Shown here: positions 25,210 through 32,647 of the stretch, piece after piece
How positions within the stretch are numbered: the stretch's first letter is position 1
Layout of the letters: every line of letters begins with the position of its first letter
Assembly (NCBI GenBank): GCA_048939565.1
Contig: JBHLPJ010000001.1
Span: 1-32,742, forward strand
Source: Promethearchaeota archaeon
Lineage (GTDB): Archaea > Asgardarchaeota > Odinarchaeia > Odinarchaeales > JBHLKK01
Direction of reading: 5' to 3'
DNA length: 32,742 nucleotides
Translations under genes and position numbers: made by a program
The notes under the pieces: model-generated
The model's database searches: none
What the model saw: the letters and a program-made list of their open reading frames with translations, nothing else
Told to the model about the DNA's origin: nothing

Positions 25210-26097
25210 ATGACGAAGGCAGAAATTGAAGATACTTATGCGGAAGCATTTGATGGCTTGCTTGCCAGAATCATGATTACCGCAAAGGATGAAAAGAGAC
25301 TTATAAGGGCGGCCACAAGCGCAACGGCGCTTCCCCTCACGGTTCTGGGAGAAGCGGAAGGAGGTATTGATAGGTGGTTAAACGAATCTGAAACACCAGA
25401 TGGACGTAAGGGAGCGATTATCCAGGTTTGGATACTTGGGGGGAAAAACGCGGTAGAAACTCTAGAGATTGAATTGGCGAAGCGAATACGACAAGGCATA
25501 CTCGTTGTACCGACCACCGCAGTGTTTAATGCCTTGGATTCGGAGAAAAAAATAGATATCATGAACAGAGTCGGACATTGTGGTGACGGCTATGAAGAGG
25601 AAGTAGAGTATTTGGGTCGTAGAATGATTAATATTCCAATCATGATGGGAGATTTCTTGATAGAACACCATTTGGGCTATGCCAAGGGCATAATGGGCGG
25701 AAACATATGGTTTTTCTGCAAAACTATTGATGCTGCATTAGAGGCGGGAGACAGGGCGGTTGATGCAATAAACAGGATAGATGGAGCAATCACGCCCTTT
25801 GACATCTGCTCTGCAGGTTCGAAGGTTGAAACAAACTATCCAGAGATAGGTCCAACTACGAATCACCCCTATTGTCCAACACTAAAAGAAAAAATACCTG
25901 GTTCATTGGTTCCAGAAGGAATAGTTTCTATTCCAGAAATAGTGATAAATGGCATTTCGCTCGATATTGTAAAGGAGGCGATGAGAGCAACCATCAAAAG
26001 CATTGAGGATGTAGAAGGCGTTGTAAGAATATCAGCAGGAAACTATGGGGGGAAGCTAGGTAGGTACAAGATATATCTCAAAGATATTGTTGATTAG
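25210..26097 (+). CDS. ftr: formylmethanofuran--tetrahydromethanopterin N-formyltransferase
   Basis: 295-aa ORF. The N-terminus [20 protein letters not shown] and [14 protein letters not shown] resemble Ftr, and the size matches. A strong SD (GAGGAGG) precedes the ATG. Confidence 0.88.
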   Translation: MTKAEIEDTYAEAFDGLLARIMITAKDEKRLIRAATSATALPLTVLGEAEGGIDRWLNESETPDGRKGAIIQVWILGGKNAVETLEIELAKRIRQGILVVPTTAVFNALDSEKKIDIMNRVGHCGDGYEEEVEYLGRRMINIPIMMGDFLIEHHLGYAKGIMGGNIWFFCKTIDAALEAGDRAVDAINRIDGAITPFDICSAGSKVETNYPEIGPTTNHPYCPTLKEKIPGSLVPEGIVSIPEIVINGISLDIVKEAMRATIKSIEDVEGVVRISAGNYGGKLGRYKIYLKDIVD

Positions 26098-26156
26098 ATG
26101 CTTGGATTTCCCAATAATTAGGTAAATAGTTGCTAAAAGCATATAGTCTTTAGAAA

Positions 26157-26579
26157 TCAGGCTACGCGATTAGTAAGTTTGATCAATGTATTTGTGTTCA
26201 AAATCCCGTCAATGCCTCTTATTTCATCGATTTTTTTATTGAGTTCTTCGATTGATTCTGAATTGATAAACGCAGCTATATCATAGTCACCGGAGATTTC
26301 AAAGATTTTTTCTGAAAATTCCCTTAATCCCAGCGAGACTTTTTCAGTTTTTAGTGGATCTGTCTTTATTAACACGATTCCCTCGGTTTTAGAAGCAGTT
26401 TCTATTGTGAATTTTGTAATCAATCCTTCATCAAGCATAATCTTAACTCGTCTTCTGATTGCGCCTTCTGTAAGCCCCACGCTCTTTGCGATTTTTATGT
26501 AAGGGGTTCTCGCATTCTTTTTCAAGATTTTCAGAATTTTTAGGTCGATTTTGTCCATAGACAAATCTTTCAATTCCAT
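26157..26579 (-). CDS. Lrp/AsnC family transcriptional regulator
   Basis: 140-aa ORF with the HTH segment DLKILKILKKNARTPYIKIAKSVGLTEGAIRRRV plus a C-terminal RAM-like domain. Confidence 0.9.
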   Translation of the reverse strand: MELKDLSMDKIDLKILKILKKNARTPYIKIAKSVGLTEGAIRRRVKIMLDEGLITKFTIETASKTEGIVLIKTDPLKTEKVSLGLREFSEKIFEISGDYDIAAFINSESIEELNKKIDEIRGIDGILNTNTLIKLTNRVA

Positions 26580-26590
26580 GTGATAAAAGC

Positions 26591-26607
26591 ATTACGATTT
26601 TCGTAAT
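26591..26607. promoter_or_regulatory. inverted repeat ATTACGA-TTT-TCGTAAT immediately upstream of the Lrp/AsnC start
   Basis: Read directly. It lies 12-28 nt upstream of the ATG at 26579 (minus strand). It is a candidate autoregulatory operator. Confidence 0.35.
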
Positions 26608-26791
26608 AGAATGGATGAAAACGCATATATCAGTGATTTTTGTGAAAAAGACCCTAATTGACGAGAATACCAACTTCTGAATATATTTGGCGTAAACCAA
26701 GAGATTAACCTTTCCGGTGGAAAGATATTAATGACCGGATCGACTGAAGGATTTTTTGATCCGTTGTCTGAAACAAGGAGATAGATAAAAA

Positions 26792-27979
26792 ATGGGCAGT
26801 ACAAACATAGAATTTGCGGAGAGAGTCAAAAAAGTCCCAAAGTACATATTTGTTGAAATTGAGGAGCTTCTCAAGGTGAGGAAAAAACGAGGAGAGATGA
26901 TAATCCCACTAAGCATAGGTGACCCGGATCTTCCACCTCCACAGTTTGTTGTAGATTCACTCATTCAAGAAGTAAAGAATCCAAGTAACCATAAGTATCC
27001 TACCTCTGAGGGAGACCGGGAGTTTAGAGAGGCGGTTACAAATTGGTACAGAGACCGTTTCGGAGTGAATTTGAATCCTGAAACAGAAGCTACAGCCCTA
27101 ATAGGATCGAAGGAGGGGTTATCGAATGTTATTCGAGCCTTTATCAATCCAGGAGACCGTGTTTTGGTTCCCGATCCTTCTTATCCAGTTTATGCTCAAG
27201 GTGGTGCAATACTGTCTGATGGTGTTCCGGTTTTTGTTCCCCTCTACGAAGACGATGAGTTTAGACCAGATTTTTCAGAAATTGATCCAAAAGGGGCAAA
27301 GATGATTATTTTGAACTATCCTAATAATCCGACTGGTGCCACTGCGGATATATCATTTCTTAATAGAGCGGTCGAATATGCTCTAGAGAACAATTTGATC
27401 TTGGCTTATGATAACGCATATTCTGAGATAACTTTTGACGGGTACAACGCACCGAGCATCCTAGAGATTGGAGACGCAAAGGATGTTGCAATCGAATTCA
27501 ATTCATGTTCAAAAACATTTAATATGACCGGAGACAGAATTGGCTTCGCCGTGGGGAATAAGAAAATCATAAGCGGATTGAAAAAAGTCAAATCACAGAT
27601 TGATTCAGGAGCTCCGACATTCATTCAGAAAGCAGCAAGAATGGCGTTGGAGAGCTATAAAAGTGGTCAACCGCCTAGATTTGTGGAAATAACCAGACAG
27701 ACTTACAAGGAAAGAAGAGATGTCCTTGTCAAAAGGCTGAGGGAGATAGGATTCAGTCTAAAAAAGCCAAAAGGTACATTCTACGTCTGGGTGAATGTGA
27801 ATCGTGAATCAATAGAATTTACCAGAAGAATGATAGATGTGGGAGTCGTGGTAACGCCAGGCGAAGCATTTGGGAACTACAGTAGAAGTTATGTGCGTTT
27901 TGCGCTTACAAGACCAAAATCCGAAATAGAAGAAGCATGTAATAGAATAGAAAGGGTCTTAGAAAATGACCCAAACTAG
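26792..27979 (+). CDS. dapL: class I PLP aminotransferase, LL-diaminopimelate aminotransferase-like (DapC_direct type)
   Basis: 395-aa ORF with IGDPDLPPP, IGSKEG, NYPNNPTGA and SCSKTFNMTGDRIGF (the PLP lysine). The pattern resembles the DapL-type family. Substrate is not proven. Confidence 0.85.
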   Translation: MGSTNIEFAERVKKVPKYIFVEIEELLKVRKKRGEMIIPLSIGDPDLPPPQFVVDSLIQEVKNPSNHKYPTSEGDREFREAVTNWYRDRFGVNLNPETEATALIGSKEGLSNVIRAFINPGDRVLVPDPSYPVYAQGGAILSDGVPVFVPLYEDDEFRPDFSEIDPKGAKMIILNYPNNPTGATADISFLNRAVEYALENNLILAYDNAYSEITFDGYNAPSILEIGDAKDVAIEFNSCSKTFNMTGDRIGFAVGNKKIISGLKKVKSQIDSGAPTFIQKAARMALESYKSGQPPRFVEITRQTYKERRDVLVKRLREIGFSLKKPKGTFYVWVNVNRESIEFTRRMIDVGVVVTPGEAFGNYSRSYVRFALTRPKSEIEEACNRIERVLENDPN

Positions 27980-27982
27980 AAT

Positions 27983-28116
27983 TGGTGCGGCCGACGGGAA
28001 TTTCGTGAAGGTATAATACTTTCAATTCGAACCCGTGTTATTGGCTTTCTTCCAAATGCACGATTCCTGCTTTTGGTGGAAGGCCAAGGTCCTAGGCCAG
28101 ACTAGACGACGGCCGC
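27983..28116 (-). tRNA. tRNA-Gly(TCC) with two introns (30 nt canonical at 37/38, 26 nt in the T-loop); CCA encoded
   Basis: Hand fold of the reverse complement: GCGGCCG UC GUCU..GGAC C UUGGC CUUCCA[30 nt]A GCCAA UAAC ACGGG UUCGAA[26 nt]U CCCGU CGGCCGC A CCA. Confidence 0.8.
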
Positions 28117-28143
28117 ATTAAGGATATGTAAACTCAATTTAAT

Positions 28144-28156
28144 TTTAACTTTATCG
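28144..28156 (-). promoter_or_regulatory. candidate BRE/TATA element CGATAAAGTTAAA (copy 3 of 4), upstream of tRNA-Gly(TCC)
   Basis: Exact 13-mer. Its 3' end is 28 nt upstream of the tRNA 5' end, which is classical TATA-to-TSS spacing. Confidence 0.6.
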
Positions 28157-28353
28157 GTTTAGGTACACCGCCTAAAGCAAACAAGAAGAGAAGACGGTGC
28201 TCATTCTCTCGGAAGGATATTCGATCAGCGAGCAGAAAAGTCGTCAAAACGAACTAACCCACCCTTTCGGATGGAGCCTTCATTTGCGGAGAAAAAGATA
28301 AATCCTGTGAGCTTCTTATTCATCTTCAGGGCCCATTGAGCTTGTTTTCAGAA

Positions 28354-29064
28354 CTAGTATTTGGCTTTAAACAGTCTTTCTTTAGAAAGCATGATAGCTT
28401 CTTCGTATGCGGATATTACTCTTGCAGCAACTATCCAAGAGTCTAAAGGTTCTACATCAATGGATAGATTCATATCTGCAAGCTTCCGGGTTTGGGAACT
28501 GAAATCACCGTGAGGAAACCCCCCCACAATCACTGCAGTATTTTCTCCCTCTTTCAACTTATTTGCAAGTGCTTCAGAAGTTGTCGGAACTCCGCTTTCG
28601 CTAAATAACAGTGTCATTTGTGGCCCTATATCCTCGATTAGTTGCTGAAGCGATTTGCGCTTAACATGCAGTAAAGGAGTACCCACTGGAGGTACTTGTC
28701 CGATCTTGAAAAGTTGCTCCATCAATCCAATAAATCGGTTATAGTTTCTGGGAAGCCTTATTTCAGGATTAACAAAAAGGGAATGATTATCTATAGTATG
28801 AACATAGGTCCTTAGTAATCCTGCCTTATTTAGGGGAGTTCCCAGTATTGATAGTAAACAAAGATGAACGATGTCGGGTCGACCACGCTTCTCACAATTA
28901 GGAAGCTGACCGATTAAGGTATGGTGCAGGGATACGTCAAGGAGCAACTCGCTGGGATCCTTCTTCTTTCTGCGAGCTTGATTCCTAACAGAAGGGTGTC
29001 TCTGAAATCTGAATGGAATGGTCTCAAGAGCAGATTCAGCTAACAAGAAGTGTAACATTTTCAA
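28354..29064 (-). CDS. nep1: ribosomal RNA small subunit methyltransferase Nep1 (Emg1)
   Basis: 236-aa ORF with LLAESALETIP...RGRPDIVHLCLLSILGTPLNKAGLL...VHT, the SPOUT-class Nep1 pattern. Confidence 0.88.
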   Translation of the reverse strand: MKMLHFLLAESALETIPFRFQRHPSVRNQARRKKKDPSELLLDVSLHHTLIGQLPNCEKRGRPDIVHLCLLSILGTPLNKAGLLRTYVHTIDNHSLFVNPEIRLPRNYNRFIGLMEQLFKIGQVPPVGTPLLHVKRKSLQQLIEDIGPQMTLLFSESGVPTTSEALANKLKEGENTAVIVGGFPHGDFSSQTRKLADMNLSIDVEPLDSWIVAARVISAYEEAIMLSKERLFKAKY

Positions 29065-29157
29065 ATCCCTCGGGCAAGGAATTTCAATTTATGGGAACGA
29101 TGTATTGTACAAACCGTTCCTAGCTCTTGTAAGAAGCTTCCTCCTTTTATAGGATAT

Positions 29158-29568
29158 TTGCCTAAAAAGAGATCAAATAAGCACTCTAAAGAATATAGCT
29201 TCTTGTGGGGCGGTTGCTTGTCAAGACGCGGAAGGCCACATAAGCATGTGAGAAAGATTGCAAAAGAGAGAATGAAAATATTGCTTAGAATGGCAGAAAG
29301 AGTTTATTCTGAGAATGCCAGAAGAGCCCGACGATATGTGGAGATTGTAAGAAGAATAGGAATAAGATGCAGGGTTAGAGTTCCTTCGGAGTGGCGTAGA
29401 AGGATATGCAAGAGCTGCAACTCATTTCTTTGGCCAGGTGTGAGCTGCAGAGTACGTTTAAGAAAAAGGCGTGAATCCCACGCTGTAATAACATGCTTGA
29501 CTTGTGGTAGAAGAACAAGACTTTTGACCAAAAAAAAGGATAAAGGGAGGAAACTGGGAAGAGAGTAA
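29158..29568 (+). CDS. rnp4: RNase P protein component 4 (Rpp21/Rnp4)
   Basis: RKIAKERMKILLRMAERVY...RRYVEIVRRI...CKSCNSFLWPG...RVRL...ITCLTCG is the Rpr2/Rpp21 zinc ribbon. The start is uncertain. TTG 29158 is the longest ORF, but GTG 29248 (after GGAAGG) would give a typical 106-aa protein. Confidence 0.85.
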   Translation: MPKKRSNKHSKEYSFLWGGCLSRRGRPHKHVRKIAKERMKILLRMAERVYSENARRARRYVEIVRRIGIRCRVRVPSEWRRRICKSCNSFLWPGVSCRVRLRKRRESHAVITCLTCGRRTRLLTKKKDKGRKLGRE

Positions 29569-29574
29569 ACTACT

Positions 29575-29922
29575 CCTTCCTTACAGAAGGAGCTTATGAC
29601 TGTGCTTAACCGCGATTCCCTTTCGGGCTTTGGCTTCATCACAAGACAAAGCAGAGGGTGGTTTACAGCGCCCCAGCCCGGTAATCCGCATGTAGCGTCG
29701 GGCTTAAGAGCTTGCCTTGCCCAGTCCTATTCTCCACACAGGTCATTAACCGTTTCCACATCAGAGAGAGGTGTGCGTTTAGACCTATTAACATGTATAG
29801 CACAGGCTTATTTGAGGACCGCTCAGTTCCTCTCCGCCCCTTTGGACGGAGTCTCCTTGAGGTGGTTCAGATGAAGACATTAATAGCTGCAGGCTTCTGC
29901 ATTCTTTATATGCAAGCTTCCA
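29575..29922 (+). ncRNA. unassigned GC-rich structured RNA candidate (strand uncertain, plus slightly favoured)
   Basis: About 350 nt with no credible ORF in a tightly packed genome. Local GC is about 50-58% against about 40% for the surroundings. Many helices can be drawn, for example CUCCUUC/GAAGGAG, GCUUUG/CAAAGC, GGGUG/CGCCC, AGCCCG/CGGGCU, CACAUC/GGUGUG, CUCCG/CGGAG, and the long-range pairs AGCUUGC(29709-15)/GCAAGCU(29912-18) and CUAUUAA/UUAAUAG. Several G:U pairs exist only on the plus strand. Neither RNase P CR-I (GAGGAAAGUCC) nor the SRP helix-8 motif was found. Confidence 0.4.
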
Positions 29923-29924
29923 TC

Positions 29925-29937
29925 CGATAAAGTTAAA
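29925..29937 (+). promoter_or_regulatory. candidate BRE/TATA element CGATAAAGTTAAA (copy 4 of 4), upstream of rps19e
   Basis: Exact 13-mer, 67 nt upstream of the S19e ATG at 30004. Confidence 0.55.
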
Positions 29938-30003
29938 AAGTAATAAACTACTATTTTTTCAACTCATCCGTTACTACATAGACTATACTTGTTGGTGTCT
30001 GTT

Positions 30004-30447
30004 ATGACCACGGTATTTGATGTCCCAGCGGATACGCTCATTAGAGAAGTTGCCAGAATACTGAAGGAAGATTATGAGGAGGTCACTCCGCCTTCATGGG
30101 CACCCTATGTGAAAACAGGCTCTCACAAAGAAAGAGCAGTCGCTGACCCTGATTGGTGGTTTGTTCGTTGTGCCTCCATTCTAAGGAAGGTTTACCTAAC
30201 ATACCCGGTAGGTATTTCAAGACTAAGAACAGCTTATGGTGGGAAAAAACGTAGGGGAAGCCGTCCGGAGCATTTTCGCAAGGGAAGCGGGGCAATCATT
30301 AGGAACGCCTTGGGACAGTTGGAAGCCGCCGGACTCGTACAGAAAGAAGAGAAGAAAGGAAGAATGCTCACACCTAAAGGACGTTCCCTATTGGATTTGA
30401 CTGCTCATAAAATTCATCAAGCGCTCCAGAAGAAGAACAAGAAGTAG
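30004..30447 (+). CDS. rps19e: 30S ribosomal protein S19e
   Basis: MTTVFDVPAD...WWFVRCASILRKVYLTYPVGISRLRTAYGG is classic S19e. I chose the ATG at 30004 over the ORF-track TTG at 29989. Confidence 0.93.
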   Translation: MTTVFDVPADTLIREVARILKEDYEEVTPPSWAPYVKTGSHKERAVADPDWWFVRCASILRKVYLTYPVGISRLRTAYGGKKRRGSRPEHFRKGSGAIIRNALGQLEAAGLVQKEEKKGRMLTPKGRSLLDLTAHKIHQALQKKNKK

Positions 30448-30459
30448 GAGGATAGCATA

Positions 30460-30804
30460 TTGTCGGACGAAGAGCTAGAAATGATCCGACAAAGGAAGTT
30501 GATGCAGTTGCAGCAACAGATAGAAGAAGCACAAGGTAAAGAGCAACTCCGAAGAGAAGTGGAAGCTCAAAAGGAAAAACTCCTGCGCTCAATTCTATCA
30601 CCGGAGGCCAGAAGCAGACTAGCAAATATTAGGATGGTCAAACCCGAGTTTGCTGAGCAAGTTGAGGTTCAGTTAATAAGACTGGCTCAGAATGGGCAGC
30701 TGGTTCGAGCAGGCTATTCGCTTCCGATGTCTGACGAACAGTTTAAAACCCTATTATCCAAATTGCAGAGCAGAAAGAGAGACATACGAATTAAATTCAG
30801 ATAA
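30460..30804 (+). CDS. PDCD5/TFAR19-like DNA-binding protein
   Basis: 114-aa ORF with a TTG start after GGAGGA. ILSPEARSRLANIRMVKPEFAEQVEVQLIRLAQNGQL is the family signature. Its position after S19e is conserved. Confidence 0.88.
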   Translation: MSDEELEMIRQRKLMQLQQQIEEAQGKEQLRREVEAQKEKLLRSILSPEARSRLANIRMVKPEFAEQVEVQLIRLAQNGQLVRAGYSLPMSDEQFKTLLSKLQSRKRDIRIKFR

Positions 30805-30820
30805 TGGATAGGCGACTGCT

Positions 30821-30976
30821 ATGGCAAGAAATAAGCCCTTGGGAAAGAAACTTAGACTTGCACATGCCCTTAAGGAAAATAGAAGCGTTCCAACCTGGGT
30901 TATTGTGAAGACTAGAGGAAGAATCAGAATGCATCCAAAGAGAAGACTTTGGAGGAGAACAAAGATAAAGCCTTGA
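30821..30976 (+). CDS. rpl39e: 50S ribosomal protein L39e
   Basis: My own translation gives [51 protein letters not shown] (51 aa). This is below the ORF-track length cut-off. The position in the cluster is conserved. Confidence 0.9.
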   Translation: MARNKPLGKKLRLAHALKENRSVPTWVIVKTRGRIRMHPKRRLWRRTKIKP

Positions 30977-30989
30977 GAGGTGACGCAAG

Positions 30990-31271
30990 TTGTCTGAGAA
31001 ACCTGCCAAAGAGATCGTTGAGGAGCGAATCTACACGGTTCCAATACACAAAACTGTCAAATACATTAAGCCAAAGAGTAGAGCCAAGAAAGCTGTTAAA
31101 ACACTAAGGGAATTTATTTCAAGGCATATGAAAGCCGATACAGTCCTTATAAATCCGAATGTCAATGAAAAAATATGGGAAAGAGGCATAGAAAATCCCC
31201 CTCACAAAATCAAGGTCAGAGCAACCAAAGATATTGACGGTGTTGTTGAGGTTTTGCTAGCCGAGGTGTGA
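30990..31271 (+). CDS. rpl31e: 50S ribosomal protein L31e
   Basis: 93-aa ORF with a TTG start 7 nt after GAGGTGA. The sequence ERIYTVPI...AVKTLREFISRHMK...INPNVNEKIWERGIENPPHKIKV matches L31e. Confidence 0.92.
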   Translation: MSEKPAKEIVEERIYTVPIHKTVKYIKPKSRAKKAVKTLREFISRHMKADTVLINPNVNEKIWERGIENPPHKIKVRATKDIDGVVEVLLAEV

Positions 31272-31275
31272 TTCT

Positions 31276-31944
31276 TTGCCTATTCAGCGTCTTGACTTCC
31301 TAGGAACGCCAAATCTAGGCGTTTTTTCTTTCGCGAATGATAATCTTGTCCTTGTGCGACGTGGTCTTCCCAGAAAAGTCCCTAGGATAATAGAGGAGAC
31401 GCTTAAAGCCCCTATGATAGAAGCAAACATTGGTCAGAGCCCTCTGATAGGCGTACTTGCAGCAGGGAATTCCAGTGGAATAATCTTACCATATTATGTA
31501 ATGGATAGTGAAATTCTGCACATCAAAAAGAACACCAGTCTAAATGTTGAAGTAGTTCAAAGCAGACTAACCTGTTTTGGCAACATTGTTCTGTGTAACG
31601 ATTATGGTGCAATCTTCCACCCGGAACTGGAACCACAAGCAGTAAAGGCTATCGAAGACACGCTCGGTGTGGAAGTTCATGAAGGGAGAATAGGTCTTTC
31701 GCCATTAGTAGGTTCAATGGCAGTTGCCACAAATAAAGGAGTCCTTGTCGCTCCCCATGCAATCGAAGAGGAACTACAGCAAATAAAAGAGATTCTGAAA
31801 GTCCCTGTAAACATAGGAACCACAAATAGGGGAGTTTATTACGTTCGGGCAGGGCTTCTGGCAAACTCCCACGGAGCAATTGCAGGATTTGAAACAACAG
31901 GACCTGAACTCGTAAGAATAGGAGAGACATTGGACATAGCATAG
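31276..31944 (+). CDS. eif6: translation initiation factor 6 (aIF6)
   Basis: 222-aa ORF with a TTG start after GAGGTG. It shows the pentein repeat pattern (GTPNLGVF, SPLIGVLAAGN, FGNIVLCNDYGA, SPLVGSMAVATNKG, VRAGLLANSHGA). Confidence 0.92.
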   Translation: MPIQRLDFLGTPNLGVFSFANDNLVLVRRGLPRKVPRIIEETLKAPMIEANIGQSPLIGVLAAGNSSGIILPYYVMDSEILHIKKNTSLNVEVVQSRLTCFGNIVLCNDYGAIFHPELEPQAVKAIEDTLGVEVHEGRIGLSPLVGSMAVATNKGVLVAPHAIEEELQQIKEILKVPVNIGTTNRGVYYVRAGLLANSHGAIAGFETTGPELVRIGETLDIA

Positions 31945-31958
31945 AATGGGGAATAAAA

Positions 31959-32159
31959 ATGAGTAGTGTGAAGAACTTCATAATCAAAGGAGTATTTAAG
32001 AAAAAGGATCGTACTTATGACTTTTCCAAATTAGTCAGAGCTTTAAGGAAAGAGGATGCGATAGAGAAGATTTATACAGATTTGGGTAGCAACCATCGTG
32101 TAAAAAGAAGAGACATAGAAATAAAAGCAATCGAAGAGATAGAGGAAACAGTAAGCTAA
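31959..32159 (+). CDS. rplX: 50S ribosomal protein LX (L18Ae family)
   Basis: 66-aa ORF (FIIKGVFKKKDRTYDFSKLVRALRKEDAIEKIYTDLGSNHRVKRRDIEI) in the conserved position after aIF6. Confidence 0.85.
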   Translation: MSSVKNFIIKGVFKKKDRTYDFSKLVRALRKEDAIEKIYTDLGSNHRVKRRDIEIKAIEEIEETVS

Positions 32160-32177
32160 AGGAAGGATGTGTAAAGA

Positions 32178-32591
32178 ATGTCTGAAGATGAGATTAGAAG
32201 AGCAGTTGCAGAGTTAAATTTGTATGAAGCTCAAGCTGCATCCCTTCAAAGACGAATTGAGTTAGTATCTTCAGTAATTGCTGAACTCAATATTACAAAA
32301 TTCACACTCAGAGAGTTCAAGAGCAAAGAATCAAACCAAGAGTTTCTTGCTCCAATTGGAGCTAATTCATATATCAAAGCTCGGTTTGGTGATATAGATA
32401 AAGCCCTCATAGGAATAGGAGCGGGCGTGGTTATTGAAACAGGAGTGGAAGAGGCAGTCAAGAAATTAGAGGAAAGAGAAGAAGAATTAGTTAAGGCATC
32501 AGCATCCCTAAAGATTCAGCTTAGACAGATTCAAAACAAAATCACTGAGGTTAGACCACAAGTAGAGAAACTATTAAGCAAGCCTAAATAG
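32178..32591 (+). CDS. pfdA: prefoldin alpha subunit
   Basis: 137-aa ORF with coiled coils flanking a central beta-hairpin region (EFLAPIGANSYIKARF...ALIGIGAGVVIE). Confidence 0.88.
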   Translation: MSEDEIRRAVAELNLYEAQAASLQRRIELVSSVIAELNITKFTLREFKSKESNQEFLAPIGANSYIKARFGDIDKALIGIGAGVVIETGVEEAVKKLEEREEELVKASASLKIQLRQIQNKITEVRPQVEKLLSKPK

Positions 32592-32647
32592 TTTTTTGGT
32601 AATTGTATATTTCCCATAATTTCCTATAGTCTACCGTGGGAGAGCAA

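Noticed and set aside
26443-26964. Small minus-strand ORFs (70-85 aa) across the Lrp/aminotransferase divergent region
   Set aside because: They overlap the confident Lrp and aminotransferase frames or promoter DNA. No motifs were seen.
28117-28353. Possible small gene or RNA in the 237-nt gap between tRNA-Gly(TCC) and the nep1 stop
   Set aside because: Only 22-34-aa ORFs with no recognisable features are present. GC is not elevated, and no tRNA-like or box C/D elements are seen. The proximal part is explained by the tRNA promoter motif.
29575-29922. Calling the structured region RNase P RNA or SRP RNA
   Set aside because: For RNase P RNA, the universal CR-I GAGGAAAGUCC is absent on both strands. 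The CR-IV-like and CR-V-like strings (AGAUGAAGAC, ACAGAAGGAGCUUAU) occur in the wrong order. ACAGAAGGAG also pairs locally in a 7-bp hairpin.

For SRP RNA, no helix-8 GNAR tetraloop with the AGCA/AGG symmetric loop was found. The minus-strand GCCC-GAAA-GGG hairpin lacks the AGCA side, and the GGAAACGG string is not a hairpin loop. The region is left unassigned pending a covariance-model search.
29596-29930. Two plus-strand ORFs (92 aa and 72 aa) inside the rnp4-rps19e spacer
   Set aside because: Their amino-acid composition (R, S, L, G, P-rich with almost no K or E) is unlike every confident protein in this window. The region is GC-rich and helix-rich, so I treated it as an RNA candidate.
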